NCBI GenBank assembly: GCA_009859145.1
Contig: VRVR01000033.1
Location: 62,001 to 126,000, forward strand
Direction: 5' to 3'
Source: Andalucia godoyi And28
Lineage: Eukaryota > Protista > Jakobida
DNA: 64,000 nucleotides
A program made the position numbers and the translations under genes. Below are positions 38,106-49,080 of the stretch, piece after piece (position 1 is the stretch's first letter; every line of letters begins with the position of its first letter). A model generated the notes under the pieces. The model worked only from the letters and a program-made list of their open reading frames with translations, was not told where the DNA came from and made no database searches.

Positions 38106-38742
38106 ACACACGCCCACCCACACACATTTGGTCGTTACAAAAAAGAGGTATATAAAAAAAATTCAATTTCGAAATTCCAGCAATTCCTCAAGCCGTTCTT
38201 CCTTTGAGGCGACGTGGCGTCAAAAGAAAGTAAAAAATATTAAAAGTATAATAAACACGACTGTGCTTTTTTAATTTAATATTTTGACTTGGCAAAAGCA
38301 AAAGGGGGAAAACAAAACAATCATATAAAACGATCAATCAGCTCAAACAAACACACGAACAGACGTTGCGGCTGTGGAGATGACCTTGTATTACCTTCAT
38401 TTCGGGTTCCACAAGCATCCAAAGAGGGTGCGCATCAGCATGCTTGCGAATCGATCGACGCGCCGTTCTTGTATCGGGATCCACCAAAGTATTTGTACTC
38501 CTGATGTAGGCGGGGTGGAGTCCTCGCGTAGAGAGACTACGACCGTTCCCACCGGATTCTCTTTTTTTTTTGCACTGATTTTTATTTTTCTTTAGAGGCC
38601 TGTGCGGTACGATGGATGTTGCCTGCTGTGCGATCGTTCGTTCGCCGGTTCCGACAGCGTTTTTCCCAACGCGAGCAGTTTCGTCTGCACACTGTTCAAG
38701 GGATTTTAATGGATTCCAACGGACTGAGATTGGACAAGAAAA

Positions 38743-39627
38743 ATGCGCCGAAATAGTGTGTCGGACCGTCCGCTGGGCCGGGCCGAGTTGTTATCGTGGC
38801 TGGGAAACGTGTTGCAAACAGACTCGTACACAAAGCTTGAGCAGCTATCTGATGGCATTGCGTATCTGCAGTTGTTTGAGCATATATTTCCAGATGCACT
38901 GGGTCCGAGTCCGACGCATTTGCATGGGAGTGCATCTGGAGGTCCGCTGCATACTCCGAAGAACAATGTTCGACAGGATTCTCTGAAGCGGTTCCAAGCG
39001 CTGCAGCAAACCCTGAGCAAAAACGACCTTTTGAAACGACCGCTGCCAATCGAACGCCTTGTGGACGCGAAGTTTTCCGATCATTTGGATCTGCTCCAGT
39101 GGATGCATTCCCAAGCTGCCTCGCGACAACCGGCACTCTTGAAGGCTCCTGTGCATCGGCCTGTTCATTCGATCTCTGTCGATCTGTATGGAAGCGATGA
39201 GCCCGGCAACAGCACCCAAAAGGTTGTCACCAGTAGTAATGATAGTAGCAGTGGTGGTGGTGGTACAACAAAACGGCAGCTTCAGAGTCACCACTATGAT
39301 CATTCTGAAAGGCGAATTGTGCAAATGGACGACGAGAACGTCGCATCGAGCGTGGACAGGCAGTATATGTTTGAAGATGGGGAGAACGTGACGGACCAAG
39401 TGCTTGAGCTTGAGAGACTTGCAGGGTCGCTGCAAGAAGAGCTCGAGGAAGAGATCCAGGAAGTCGATGAGCTTGCCCTGCACGTTTCCGACGCAGCCAT
39501 GGAGCGAGACTTTTACTTTGACAAGCTCCGCAGCATCGAGGTGCTCTGCGAAATGCACGGCGAACACGACCGTGAATCTTCTGCCGCCATCCTCAACGTC
39601 ATCCGAGCTCGCTTCTCTTCCATCTAA
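38743..39627 (+). CDS. EB1/MAPRE-like microtubule end-binding protein (divergent)
   Basis: CH domain (ELLSWLGNVL..YTKLEQLSDGIAYLQLF, HLDLLQWM) plus coiled coil and EBH motif ERDFYFDKLRSIEVLC. Confidence 0.8.
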   Translation: MRRNSVSDRPLGRAELLSWLGNVLQTDSYTKLEQLSDGIAYLQLFEHIFPDALGPSPTHLHGSASGGPLHTPKNNVRQDSLKRFQALQQTLSKNDLLKRPLPIERLVDAKFSDHLDLLQWMHSQAASRQPALLKAPVHRPVHSISVDLYGSDEPGNSTQKVVTSSNDSSSGGGGTTKRQLQSHHYDHSERRIVQMDDENVASSVDRQYMFEDGENVTDQVLELERLAGSLQEELEEEIQEVDELALHVSDAAMERDFYFDKLRSIEVLCEMHGEHDRESSAAILNVIRARFSSI

Positions 39628-39782
39628 GCAGACCGAACCTCTCAATCCCCCATCCACTCTCTCCTTTCCTCTCTCTGTCTCTATCTCACTCTTGTTTCGT
39701 TTCGTTTATTAGGCATGTAGTGAAACGTCCGCTGTGCTGCGCAACCATGTGCTGTGTGCTGCTGTGGATATGGCGAGGCCGC

Positions 39783-40151
39783 CTAGGATCCCTGGCCTGG
39801 CAATGGCCAACCGCGTTGGATTACCTGCGTTTCAATCGCCGATACTTCTGCCTTTGCTTCTCTAAGCATCCGTGCTGCTTCTTTACCACTTTGCATACGT
39901 GCATTGGCCCGAAACGTCTCCGCCACGTAATTTCGGACAAGCTCCGTCATTAGCTCGTGGTTCGTAAGCTGTGACTTCATTCCCTTTGCAGATACCGCAG
40001 AAAGATGAGACTCTTCTTTCAAGAACTCCTGCTGCAACAGCGACTGAACTCCCGGCGCTCGGACGTAATCAGGCGCAAGTCGCAAACACCGCTTATACAA
40101 TGCTAAAACACTTCCTCGGTGACTTTGCACTCCTCGCTTCAACATTGCCAT
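39783..40151 (-). CDS. LYR-motif mitochondrial protein (Complex1_LYR family)
   Basis: VLALYKRCLRLA...VAETFRAN, the LYR and downstream F..N pattern. 122 aa. Confidence 0.75.
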   Translation of the reverse strand: MAMLKRGVQSHRGSVLALYKRCLRLAPDYVRAPGVQSLLQQEFLKEESHLSAVSAKGMKSQLTNHELMTELVRNYVAETFRANARMQSGKEAARMLREAKAEVSAIETQVIQRGWPLPGQGS

Positions 40152-40828
40152 ATTATCATTATCATCATTATCGTTGTTATCATTTTGCGGATGCTTTGAT
40201 CCGGTTTGATGCGATGTCTACTACAGGTTGCATGACCGACTTCACTGTTGTCGGTTTTTGTTTTTGTTTTTGTTTTTTTGGGATTGACCAAACCGACTGT
40301 AGTGTGTCCCCGCCGAAAATTAAATTCGACCAAATAGAAAAAAAGAGAGCCTCACCATCGATCCTGGATTTTCCTGATCAATCTCATGGAAGCGTGTTTT
40401 CATTTTCAGTTATTAACGATCCTTCTTTTTATTACTTTTAATTCTGTTAGTGTTTTTTATTTGTTGCTTTTTATTTGTTCTTCAATCTTCGTTTCGCCCC
40501 CCTCAAAGTGTCTTTTCCACCACTGCGGTTCGCATCCTTCTTTCACCAGGAAACGTCATAGTCGTCGTCCCCGTCATTAATAACCAGAGGATCAAGAAGA
40601 GAGGCTTCGCTTTTGGAACAGCAATAATAATATCAATTCACACGAATCGTGCAGAGTATTAGTGGAGTAGGAGGTTTGGGGAGTAATAGTAAGAAGCGTG
40701 TGGAGAGGTACTGAACAGCAAACAGCAACTGCGATAACAACAACATCGAGGGCAACAAAAAGAAAAGGTAGGAAAATTGATTCTTTTTTATTATATAATT
40801 CTACTTTAAATTACTTCTTCCCTCCATC

Positions 40829-43800
40829 ATGCCGAGGCCTGCGGATCCGTTTGCAGATATGACGCAGATTGTGCTGGAGTATCTTCAGACGTATGGGTTT
40901 CAGAACACCGCGTCGATGTTTATGAAGGAGCTTGACCAGGTTGTCAACCGCCTTGCAAATTCTGGAAATCTGAACGAATCTACTGGAATTCAGCAGCTTT
41001 CATTTGATTCGGAAGCAGAAGAAGATGAAGCGAAGGAACAAGAACAGGGGCCAAATCAGGAAGAAGAGAAGGAGGAGGAGGGTTTAGAAGAGGGTGAAGT
41101 AGTTGTTTCTATGGAGTCAAACAAGCAGAAACGCAAAGGAAATGCCTCTGTTATTTTCAAAGAAGATGACGACGACGAAGAAGAAGAAGACGATGGCGAT
41201 AATGATAATGACGCAAAAGTCGATCGAAGAAATCGTCATGGCAAAGTGTCACAAGATGGTGATGGCAATGTGGCTGAGGACGAGGACGAGGACGAGGATG
41301 AGGATGAGGATGATGAGGAACATGGAGATGAAAACGATGCGAATTATGAAGGCGACTCAGAGGAAGAAGAAGACGACGATGATGAATTGGAGCAGCCGTC
41401 GCCTGCTGTCATGCAACCTACGGTGAAGAAATCTTCTTCATTGTCATCTCGCGGTCGAAAGGAAAAGACCGGAATTGAGGCTGAGCTTACGGAGCGAAGT
41501 CCGAGTCACAAGTTGCAGAGTGATGATGTTGAACAGGGCGACGATGATGAGTGGGAGAACGACTCGGATATGGGATACGAAAGATACTACCTGCCTTTTG
41601 AAGACGGAGACTATCCGTATTGCGCCAGTCATATTCGCAGGCAACTCGAGGTCGTGAACAAGATGGAGCTCTTGCCTGAAGACTTTGATGAATTTTCCGA
41701 TTTTGCGGCGGAGGAAGAAGAAGAAGAGGCGGCGGCGGAGCAAAATGGAATGGATGTGGATGTTCTGAACCAAAGCACCGATGATGACAATGGCCACAAT
41801 GACGATGATGACGACGACGATGATGATGGTGGTGGTGGTGATGATGATGATGGACACACACAGGAAGACGATGGGGTTGATCAGCTTACACAGGAAGACG
41901 AGGACGAGGATATCTCGCTCATTTCGATAAAGGAAGGAGATGTGCTTTCCACCATGGTGAAGGATGGGTTCCTAACCTCTGAGGAACGCGATATGGAGAT
42001 CTTGAACCAGGTTGACGAAGTAGAAACGGTCCAAAGCGAGGAGCAAGAACGTATCTTAAATGCAGTTCTTGAAGATGACAAGCGATCTCCTGATGCTGGC
42101 GCTGAATCTCTGGAAGACGATCAAGAAAGCGGAGATGTTCATGATAATGGTGATGAGGAAGGACAGGATACGTCGTCCATTTCCAAGGATGACGATGCTT
42201 CAGCACCAGTCTATGCAACATTCAGCTTGCCCGTGATTTACACTCCATCCAAGACCGGCTTCTCAGAGCACAAGGATTTCCCCTTGGACATCGGAGTTAC
42301 AATTTGCGGTCGCTACCGTGTGGTCAACATGCTGGGCTCCGCTGCGTTTTCTAGAGCAGTGGAATGCCATGATCTCAAGACCGGCCAGTTTGTTTGCGTC
42401 AAGGTCATCCGCAACAGCAAAGAGTTCTTTGATCAGTCGCTGGATGAAATCGTGTTGTTGCACTTGGTTCACTCCACCGAGCGTGTGTGCGATCGTCTTG
42501 TGAAGTTGATGGACTATTTCTATCATCAAGAACATTTGTTCTTGGTTTGTGAGCTGCTGCGGGAGAATTTGTATGAAGCATGCAAGCTGAACAGAGAAGA
42601 GTACTTTGCAACCAATGGTGCGGTGCCTCTCTACTTTGTTGAATGGAGGCTTCAGAGAATTGCGCAGCAAGTCTGCGTTGGCCTGCAGCATTTGCATGAA
42701 ATGGGAATCGTCCATTGTGATCTCAAGCCCGAAAACATTCTCATCGAATCGTATTCACGTTGCTTGGTCAAGGTAATAGACGTCGGATCTGCGTGTTTCA
42801 CCACAGATAATCTGTCTTCGTATGTGCAGTCACGGTCTTATCGCGCACCAGAAGTCGTCGTAGGGTACCAGCCTTGGGACCAGCGAATTGATATGTGGTC
42901 TCTAGGATGCATTCTTGTCGAATTGTATACTGGTTATGTGTTGTTCCAAAACGACTCGGTCTCCACCATGCTTGCCCGCATTGAAGCAATTTTAGGGCCG
43001 CTTCCACGCATTCTGAAGAACGCTCCACATGCGAAACTCTTCTATGCTCCGGATGGAAAGATTTTTGAAATGGACGAGAGGAGTCACCGTCTTGTCTGGG
43101 TCCGCGGAAAGCGCACGTCCCTGGAAAAGAGACTGCGCACTACGGATGTTGCGTTCCTTGACTTTGTCAAGAAGTGCCTCATCATGGATCCCCGTCGCCG
43201 TATCACTGCTGCGGAAGCTTTGAACCATCCTTGGTTCAAGAAGGAATATCCGGAAGCGAAGGAGCTTCTTGGCGTTGCGTATGGACAGTTGCCTCCAAAC
43301 ACAGCTTCTCCTGCATCGGCTGCGGCTGCGGCTGCGGCTAGTGGAGAACTGGACGACAGTGGAGATGGCAATTATGAAGACGTGCTCCCACCACATGGCT
43401 CTGGATCTTCTGCAGAAGACAGTATCGAAGATGCTGCGATCGACCGGGATGAAGCGGAAAGCGGGCCACAGCGATACGGAAGATCTCTGTTGCGCTCCCA
43501 AGGCAATCACAGTTTTTCTGCCGACGGAGATGATGAAGCTGCGTACAGCCAAGAAGAAAGTGAGGAAGGCGACACGTCGGGAATGTCAGATCGTCCTGGA
43601 CGCCCTGCATTCAAGGCGAATACCGTGCCTGGTCATCACAGTGAACCTGATGAAGGGGAGTCTGGGGAAACAGGAACCAGTGCTGAATCGGACAGCGAAG
43701 TGGATTCCGAAGAAGAAGAACGAAAAATTCAGTACAAGGAAGAACGAACTCGACTGTTGGCGGATGATGATGGCGGTGCAGACGATGCGGTCACTCTTGA

Positions 43801-44155
43801 TCGCGACGTTGCCGTGTATCTTGAAAAGGCAGACGACGACGAGTCTTCAGGACCTGGGGAGAACTGGGCTGAAGAAGACGACGGCAGCGTCGAAGAAGAC
43901 GACGAGGACGAAAAAGATGGTGAGCCGGCTCCACAAATGCTCGTCGAGGAGGAAGACGAAGAGGAAAACGTGGACGTACATATGCAGTACCTGACGTTGA
44001 ATGATGACCATATTCACGTTGAAGATGATTCTGGCCAGAAGGACGAGGAAGCCTCGAAACTGGCGGTAGAAAACCATGACCAGGATCAAGACGTGGATCT
44101 GAGTGTTGTTGGGGACATTTCGCTTGCCGATGCAGAGGATCCGCCAATCAACTAG
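40829..44155 (+). CDS. DYRK-family (DYRKP-like) protein kinase with N-terminal LisH-like motif and long acidic flanks
   Basis: TGF.E.KDF, GRYRVVNMLGSAAFSRA, VCVKVIRNSKEFFDQSLDEI, HCDLKPENILI, SSYVQSRSYRAPEV (YxQSRxYRAPE) and DMWSLGCI. N-terminal QIVLEYLQTYGFQNTASMF. Confidence 0.9.
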   Translation: MPRPADPFADMTQIVLEYLQTYGFQNTASMFMKELDQVVNRLANSGNLNESTGIQQLSFDSEAEEDEAKEQEQGPNQEEEKEEEGLEEGEVVVSMESNKQKRKGNASVIFKEDDDDEEEEDDGDNDNDAKVDRRNRHGKVSQDGDGNVAEDEDEDEDEDEDDEEHGDENDANYEGDSEEEEDDDDELEQPSPAVMQPTVKKSSSLSSRGRKEKTGIEAELTERSPSHKLQSDDVEQGDDDEWENDSDMGYERYYLPFEDGDYPYCASHIRRQLEVVNKMELLPEDFDEFSDFAAEEEEEEAAAEQNGMDVDVLNQSTDDDNGHNDDDDDDDDDGGGGDDDDGHTQEDDGVDQLTQEDEDEDISLISIKEGDVLSTMVKDGFLTSEERDMEILNQVDEVETVQSEEQERILNAVLEDDKRSPDAGAESLEDDQESGDVHDNGDEEGQDTSSISKDDDASAPVYATFSLPVIYTPSKTGFSEHKDFPLDIGVTICGRYRVVNMLGSAAFSRAVECHDLKTGQFVCVKVIRNSKEFFDQSLDEIVLLHLVHSTERVCDRLVKLMDYFYHQEHLFLVCELLRENLYEACKLNREEYFATNGAVPLYFVEWRLQRIAQQVCVGLQHLHEMGIVHCDLKPENILIESYSRCLVKVIDVGSACFTTDNLSSYVQSRSYRAPEVVVGYQPWDQRIDMWSLGCILVELYTGYVLFQNDSVSTMLARIEAILGPLPRILKNAPHAKLFYAPDGKIFEMDERSHRLVWVRGKRTSLEKRLRTTDVAFLDFVKKCLIMDPRRRITAAEALNHPWFKKEYPEAKELLGVAYGQLPPNTASPASAAAAAAASGELDDSGDGNYEDVLPPHGSGSSAEDSIEDAAIDRDEAESGPQRYGRSLLRSQGNHSFSADGDDEAAYSQEESEEGDTSGMSDRPGRPAFKANTVPGHHSEPDEGESGETGTSAESDSEVDSEEEERKIQYKEERTRLLADDDGGADDAVTLDRDVAVYLEKADDDESSGPGENWAEEDDGSVEEDDEDEKDGEPAPQMLVEEEDEEENVDVHMQYLTLNDDHIHVEDDSGQKDEEASKLAVENHDQDQDVDLSVVGDISLADAEDPPIN

Positions 44156-44359
44156 GCGCGAAGTACTCAGTCATCCCCCCTGTTTTGTTGTTGTTGTTGT
44201 TGTCAATTTTCATATGTACAAAAAATCATTCTTACAAGATTATGTAGGGTAAACACAAGATGTGTGCATGTATGTGTGAGTGAGTGCGAGTGATCGGCAT
44301 CATCATGCCAAAAGAAAAAGAAAAAGAAAAGTAGACGACGGCACAAGATGAGACGCGCC

Positions 44360-46417
44360 TTATCGCTTGTCTCTGGGTTTTGCGTCAACATACGTTCGAA
44401 TGACCCGAGTGCTCATGCGTTCCATCTCGACACGTTCTCGGGCTCGGCGGACCATTCCGCGCGTCTCGACCAAGGCACTTCCGACACCCTCGGACCAGAT
44501 CTTCCACGCACGCCCTTTATACTGGCGCATTGTATCGTCCAGCGCCGCCCGCGCTTCTCGCGTGGCGCGTTCTACTATCCGATATCGAAATCCATCAAGA
44601 TGGCGGTTGAAATGCGCCAGTTCGTAGGCCCATTGCAGTCTGAGAATTTGCAGACTCGCTTCAAAGTTCGACAGCCTCGTGTTGGACGCTGTTTCGTCAG
44701 AAGTAAAGATGCTTGAAAGAACAATATTGGGCATTCCAGCCGCCATGTTGCCAAACTCCCCGACGTTGAGGTTCATGCCATGCTCTGCGACATGTTCTGC
44801 AATGTCTGGAATTTCAGCAGCGGGAACACCAAGACCCGTCACTGCGCACTCGGACTCTGTCATGAGCGGCGATGACAGATTCCAGCCGGAAGGAGCTGCC
44901 GTCCCGTCGTCCACGCGCGCCAAAACATATAAGAATTCTGGGAGTGCCGGCACATCTTGGTCGTCTGGAAGGCCAAACGACCGAGTATGCTCATTAAAAG
45001 GAGTGTCCGAGTCAATCAACACTCGGTTCAGAACAACCAACTGGACTCGGCGCGAAAATTCAGCGTCTGGATCTTGGGAATCTGGCTGCCGCGATTCAGA
45101 CTCGACCTCTTCAGGCGATGGGAGGGGAATGTCGAGATGGAACGACGGATTTGAAAACGACTCTCCAAGCTCCACTGGCAACGGTACTTCCGCAGCCAAT
45201 CCCTTTCGTGAGCTTCTCGAACATTCAATAGCCCACATTGGAAACAGCTTCAGAAGCAGCTGCCGAGGGCTTTTCGCATACCCCACCGTGATTAGCCGCG
45301 CAACCTGTTTCCTGTCGATCCTCGTGAACAGCCCTTTCACCTGCTTTTCTTCGCCGTCGTTTCCTCCAGCCTGCTTTCGCTGTGCAGCGGAAAACTTCTC
45401 GTCGAACAGCGTTCCAAGCAGTGTATTCCGAATATGGAATACTGCTGCTACCTTCCATGCTGGATCCGCAATGCACTTGACCGCTGCACGCTCACAACGG
45501 GCAAACAGCCTATTCACAGGAACAAGTCGCTCAAGACTCACCCCATCTCTTGTTTCTGACTTGATTGGTTTTGCGTGCGAACCCGGCGTCCCAGCACCAC
45601 TGGAGTCACCGGAGTTCCGAAGCGCAGCAGTGGCACCTTGCACTGCAATCCCAACCATTGATACATCCTGGCTGACACATCGCAGCACCGCCTTCACGAG
45701 TCTTCCGACCAGAATTTCTCGAGCACAGAACCGATTGTGCACCAAGGACTGCATCTGAAGGGACTTTGCAGCTTCCACTACCAAATACGAGTACACAGTG
45801 TCTAGCGCCGAAAGCACGGAAGCCGATGGAAACACGGGAAACCGAATCGGCAGCTGACACACCACTCCTCCACCTTTTTGCCGTTGTCCCTCCTGCTGTC
45901 CTTGTCCCTCCTTGTCTTCGTCCTTGTCCTTCAGCAGCCCGGGTCTCGGTTCTTCTTGTCGAGTCTTTTCCTGTCTTCCCTCACGTACAGGTAATGATTC
46001 TCTTGCTCCTGGAGATCCCGGTGAGCTTGGTAATGCTGCCGCTCCAAATCGCGAGTCCACGATTCTAGAAGCCACAAGAAGCCGCTGGATCCGCAGCTTC
46101 AGCGAAGAGAGCGCAACACGATGATGCTCGCTCAGCAACCCGTATTTTTCATCCAAAGCATCCAGAACCGGAATTCCACTCACCGACCTCCCTCCGTCCT
46201 CCACCTTCTTCTTCTTCTTCTTCTTCTCTTCTGTCTTCTCTTCACCTTCACCATCATTGCCATTGCCATTGTCGAGACCGGTGGTGGTGGCGATGCTCGG
46301 AGGTCGAAACGGAGCCGATGGAGACAGTTGGTCAAGAAGCCAGGCACCATGCATCGGAACTGTACTGTGCGAATTCACAGATACTGGAAACTTGCTCACG
46401 GATCCATACACGTCCAT
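44360..46417 (-). CDS. Hypothetical protein (about 685 aa), no recognised domain
   Basis: Long ORF with protein-like composition and helical C-terminus. First ATG (MDVYGSVSKF) at 46417 follows a purine-rich leader. Confidence 0.65.
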   Translation of the reverse strand: MDVYGSVSKFPVSVNSHSTVPMHGAWLLDQLSPSAPFRPPSIATTTGLDNGNGNDGEGEEKTEEKKKKKKKVEDGGRSVSGIPVLDALDEKYGLLSEHHRVALSSLKLRIQRLLVASRIVDSRFGAAALPSSPGSPGARESLPVREGRQEKTRQEEPRPGLLKDKDEDKEGQGQQEGQRQKGGGVVCQLPIRFPVFPSASVLSALDTVYSYLVVEAAKSLQMQSLVHNRFCAREILVGRLVKAVLRCVSQDVSMVGIAVQGATAALRNSGDSSGAGTPGSHAKPIKSETRDGVSLERLVPVNRLFARCERAAVKCIADPAWKVAAVFHIRNTLLGTLFDEKFSAAQRKQAGGNDGEEKQVKGLFTRIDRKQVARLITVGYAKSPRQLLLKLFPMWAIECSRSSRKGLAAEVPLPVELGESFSNPSFHLDIPLPSPEEVESESRQPDSQDPDAEFSRRVQLVVLNRVLIDSDTPFNEHTRSFGLPDDQDVPALPEFLYVLARVDDGTAAPSGWNLSSPLMTESECAVTGLGVPAAEIPDIAEHVAEHGMNLNVGEFGNMAAGMPNIVLSSIFTSDETASNTRLSNFEASLQILRLQWAYELAHFNRHLDGFRYRIVERATREARAALDDTMRQYKGRAWKIWSEGVGSALVETRGMVRRARERVEMERMSTRVIRTYVDAKPRDKR

Positions 46418-47033
46418 GCTCGCTCTCTCAGTCCACCTTTCAAAATATTGCAAAATAAGCAAGTAAAGCAAGTGAAGCAAGTGAAGGAAGAGAAGGAAGA
46501 GAAGGAAGAGAAGGAACACCTCTCAAAAGAAAAAGAAAGTCATCCACCACGTCGATGCATCAAAATCTACAGAATGGTTTTTCGGATAGTCATCTATTAA
46601 TTTATTTATTTATTTATTTGCTCAGCGAACAAACATCATCCAGTGTTTTTATTATTTAGCACGTGACGCATTGCTCTATTACGTTTTTTCTCCTTTTTCT
46701 TCTTCTTCTCCTTTTTGTCTTGCTACATGGGATCCGGAATAACGTGAAGCTCCTCCCTCTGCGACGCAGGCGGATCCGATGCAGGACCGTGCATCAGATG
46801 TTGTCATGTGAGGGCGTATTTTCATGGGAGGTCCAACAGCGATTGCTGCACAAAACACAAGAGTTCAGGGACTTCCAGGTCAGGTCACGATCGTCATGGT
46901 AGAACACACACTTTCCAGTTATGCGGACTGTATGATGGCATGATTCACCCCGTCACTTCTGTGGAAAAACAAAGACCCTCTTCACATGTGCACGGTGCGC
47001 ATGTCGGATAACGGATCAGTCTTTGATTGGGAC

Positions 47034-47137
47034 GTCGAGGTGCGTGTTAGGGTCTATTCCCCCCCCATCTCGTCTCGGAACTGTCATGCAGCTCTCGAGA
47101 ATCCAGCATTGATGATACACAGCGTCAGCGAAGGATT
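47034..47137 (-). repeat. Diverged inverted member of the dispersed repeat family
   Basis: On the minus strand, aatccttcgctgacgctgtgtatcatcaatgctg resembles copy A aatcatcgctgatcacccataatcaatgctg. It is followed by ggggggggaatagaccctaacacgcacctcgac, resembling ggggggtaggccccaacacgcccctcggc. Confidence 0.5.
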
Positions 47138-47471
47138 GTGTTTTTGTTTTTTTAATTAATGTGATCCAACTACTGTAGTGTAGAAACAGTCCGGAACGAT
47201 TCTCGCTGAGATTCGCGATTTGCACTAAATAGTAGAACGAAATAATTATTTTCCAACTATAACCGGCTTTTTTGCTTTGTGTCTGTTTGTCACTCGTCTT
47301 TTCAATCGCGACAGCTAATCAGTTCCTAGTTTTTTCGTTGGGCTGCTTTTTTTCTTTTCTTTTCTTTTCTTTTCTTTTTTGTTTTTATCTTCTTCTCAAG
47401 TTCTTCTTGGTATTATTTATTATTTATTATTATTTGTGCTATAAAGATTGAAAAAGGAAAGGAAAGAAGGA

Positions 47472-48368
47472 ATGGCGCCATTTACGGATGATGAGCTTCG
47501 TCTGCTTCCCAGCAAGATTGCGGATACGGTACAGAAGATGCTTGAAGAAGAGTTCAAGAAGGCTGTGCAGAAGCTGAAGGGCTGTTCCGCGATTTGCAAC
47601 ATTGGAGTGGTGATGGCTGCAGGAAAGGTGGCCAAGGCTGTGAAGGATCTCAAGCCACAGCTTACGAAACTCAAGGACGGAGCAACGCATGGCGAAGAGT
47701 CTGATCTGGGAAAGGCTGTGACGTTCCCTGCGGACTTGATTGCGGGGATTGGAAAGGCGGTTGCAGAGACCTTTGGCGCGCTCAAGGAGTTCTTCGCAAA
47801 GGCAAAAGAGGTCATTCCGGACGAAACCCGCGCGCTCGTCACGGAAATCGGCGAGGTCCTCGATGAATTTGTCAAGCTGCTTTCGGGCGGTGGATTCGTC
47901 TGTGGAGTCCCCGATGTGACCAAGCTGACTTCGCTGGACAAGCTGGTTCCTGAGGCCATCAAGAATGCTCCGTCCAAGATTTTCAAGTTCTTCATGAAGC
48001 TTTCCGACGGCGCAATCGCAAAGTTTGGAGTCATTGGACTCATGTTCTCGGCACTCGTCAAGACCGCCGATGTCGTTGCGGAAGGCGGAATCGAGCTCTT
48101 CAAGGAGAAGTTCGCTTCGGAAGACGAAGACCTGTCTGGAGCTGCAATCCTTGCGCTCACCAAGATCGGTCTCACTGACGAAAAGTCAGTCGATGCCGTC
48201 GAAGATATCTTCAAGAACGCCGCAATGGACTCCACCAAGCCCGCAGCCGTCAAGGCAAAGGCCGCAGCTGCACTCACAGTCATCGCAACCGCAAATGCCG
48301 CAAAAAAGGCTGGCCAAATGATCTCAAACGTCATGGACAAGCTCCCGTCCATCTCAATGCCCTTTTAA
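47472..48368 (+). CDS. Ala/Lys-rich all-helical protein of unknown function (298 aa)
   Basis: Uninterrupted ORF after an A-rich leader, with visibly biased codon use (AAG, TTC, GTC, GCC) and amphipathic helical pattern. Confidence 0.75.
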   Translation: MAPFTDDELRLLPSKIADTVQKMLEEEFKKAVQKLKGCSAICNIGVVMAAGKVAKAVKDLKPQLTKLKDGATHGEESDLGKAVTFPADLIAGIGKAVAETFGALKEFFAKAKEVIPDETRALVTEIGEVLDEFVKLLSGGGFVCGVPDVTKLTSLDKLVPEAIKNAPSKIFKFFMKLSDGAIAKFGVIGLMFSALVKTADVVAEGGIELFKEKFASEDEDLSGAAILALTKIGLTDEKSVDAVEDIFKNAAMDSTKPAAVKAKAAAALTVIATANAAKKAGQMISNVMDKLPSISMPF

Positions 48369-48575
48369 AATACCTTATTTTGCGTAAATCTGGCAAAGAC
48401 TGTAGACACTTCCTTTGCGTTGTCGTTGTCATTGTCGTTTCCTGCTAGTCTTTCCTCTATTTTGCTTGTCTACGTTTTATTTATTTATAATTCTTTTCTT
48501 CTTCCTCTTCTTTCTTTCTTTCTTTCTTACTGCGTCTGCTTGTTTGTCGTGTTTCAGGGAACGCCACACGGGAAA

Positions 48576-49007
48576 ATGATGTCGCCCCAGGATCGGTATC
48601 GAGCGCATCTGACGACGGAGCTTCTTCCAGAACTCGAGCGCCTGATCCGGATGCGCGACAAGCTGTACGAAGACCTGTCTCCGTATCTTGATTTACGAAC
48701 GCAGCTGCGAGTCCACACGGAGAGTGCTGATCCTGGACGCAGTGGAGAGGAGCAGCCGATGCTTATCGATATTGGATCGAGGGTGTTTGTAGAAGCGCGC
48801 GTGAGCTCGGGTCTTGATGCGGGGCTGTTTGTGCATGTTGGGTTTGGATTCCATGTGCAAATGAGTGTGGACGAGGCACTTGCATTCATCGTGAAAAAGG
48901 AAGAAGACTCAATGCGCAGAGCAGAGACCGTCGCTGCGAGAATAGCCTCCGTCCGCGCGCAGTGCAGACTCGTGGAAGACGCTCTCCGAGACGCCGCGGA
49001 ACTCTAA
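48576..49007 (+). CDS. UXT: Prefoldin alpha-like protein UXT
   Basis: LLPELERLIRMRDKLYEDLSPYLDLR, MLIDIGSRVFVEARV, LFVHVGFGFHVQMSVDEALAFI. Confidence 0.8.
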   Translation: MMSPQDRYRAHLTTELLPELERLIRMRDKLYEDLSPYLDLRTQLRVHTESADPGRSGEEQPMLIDIGSRVFVEARVSSGLDAGLFVHVGFGFHVQMSVDEALAFIVKKEEDSMRRAETVAARIASVRAQCRLVEDALRDAAEL

Positions 49008-49080
49008 AGCTTCCCCTTTCTCCTGCTGTAGCTTGCGCACTTCCCCGAGCATCACTTGATACTATAACTCTTTGGCACTC

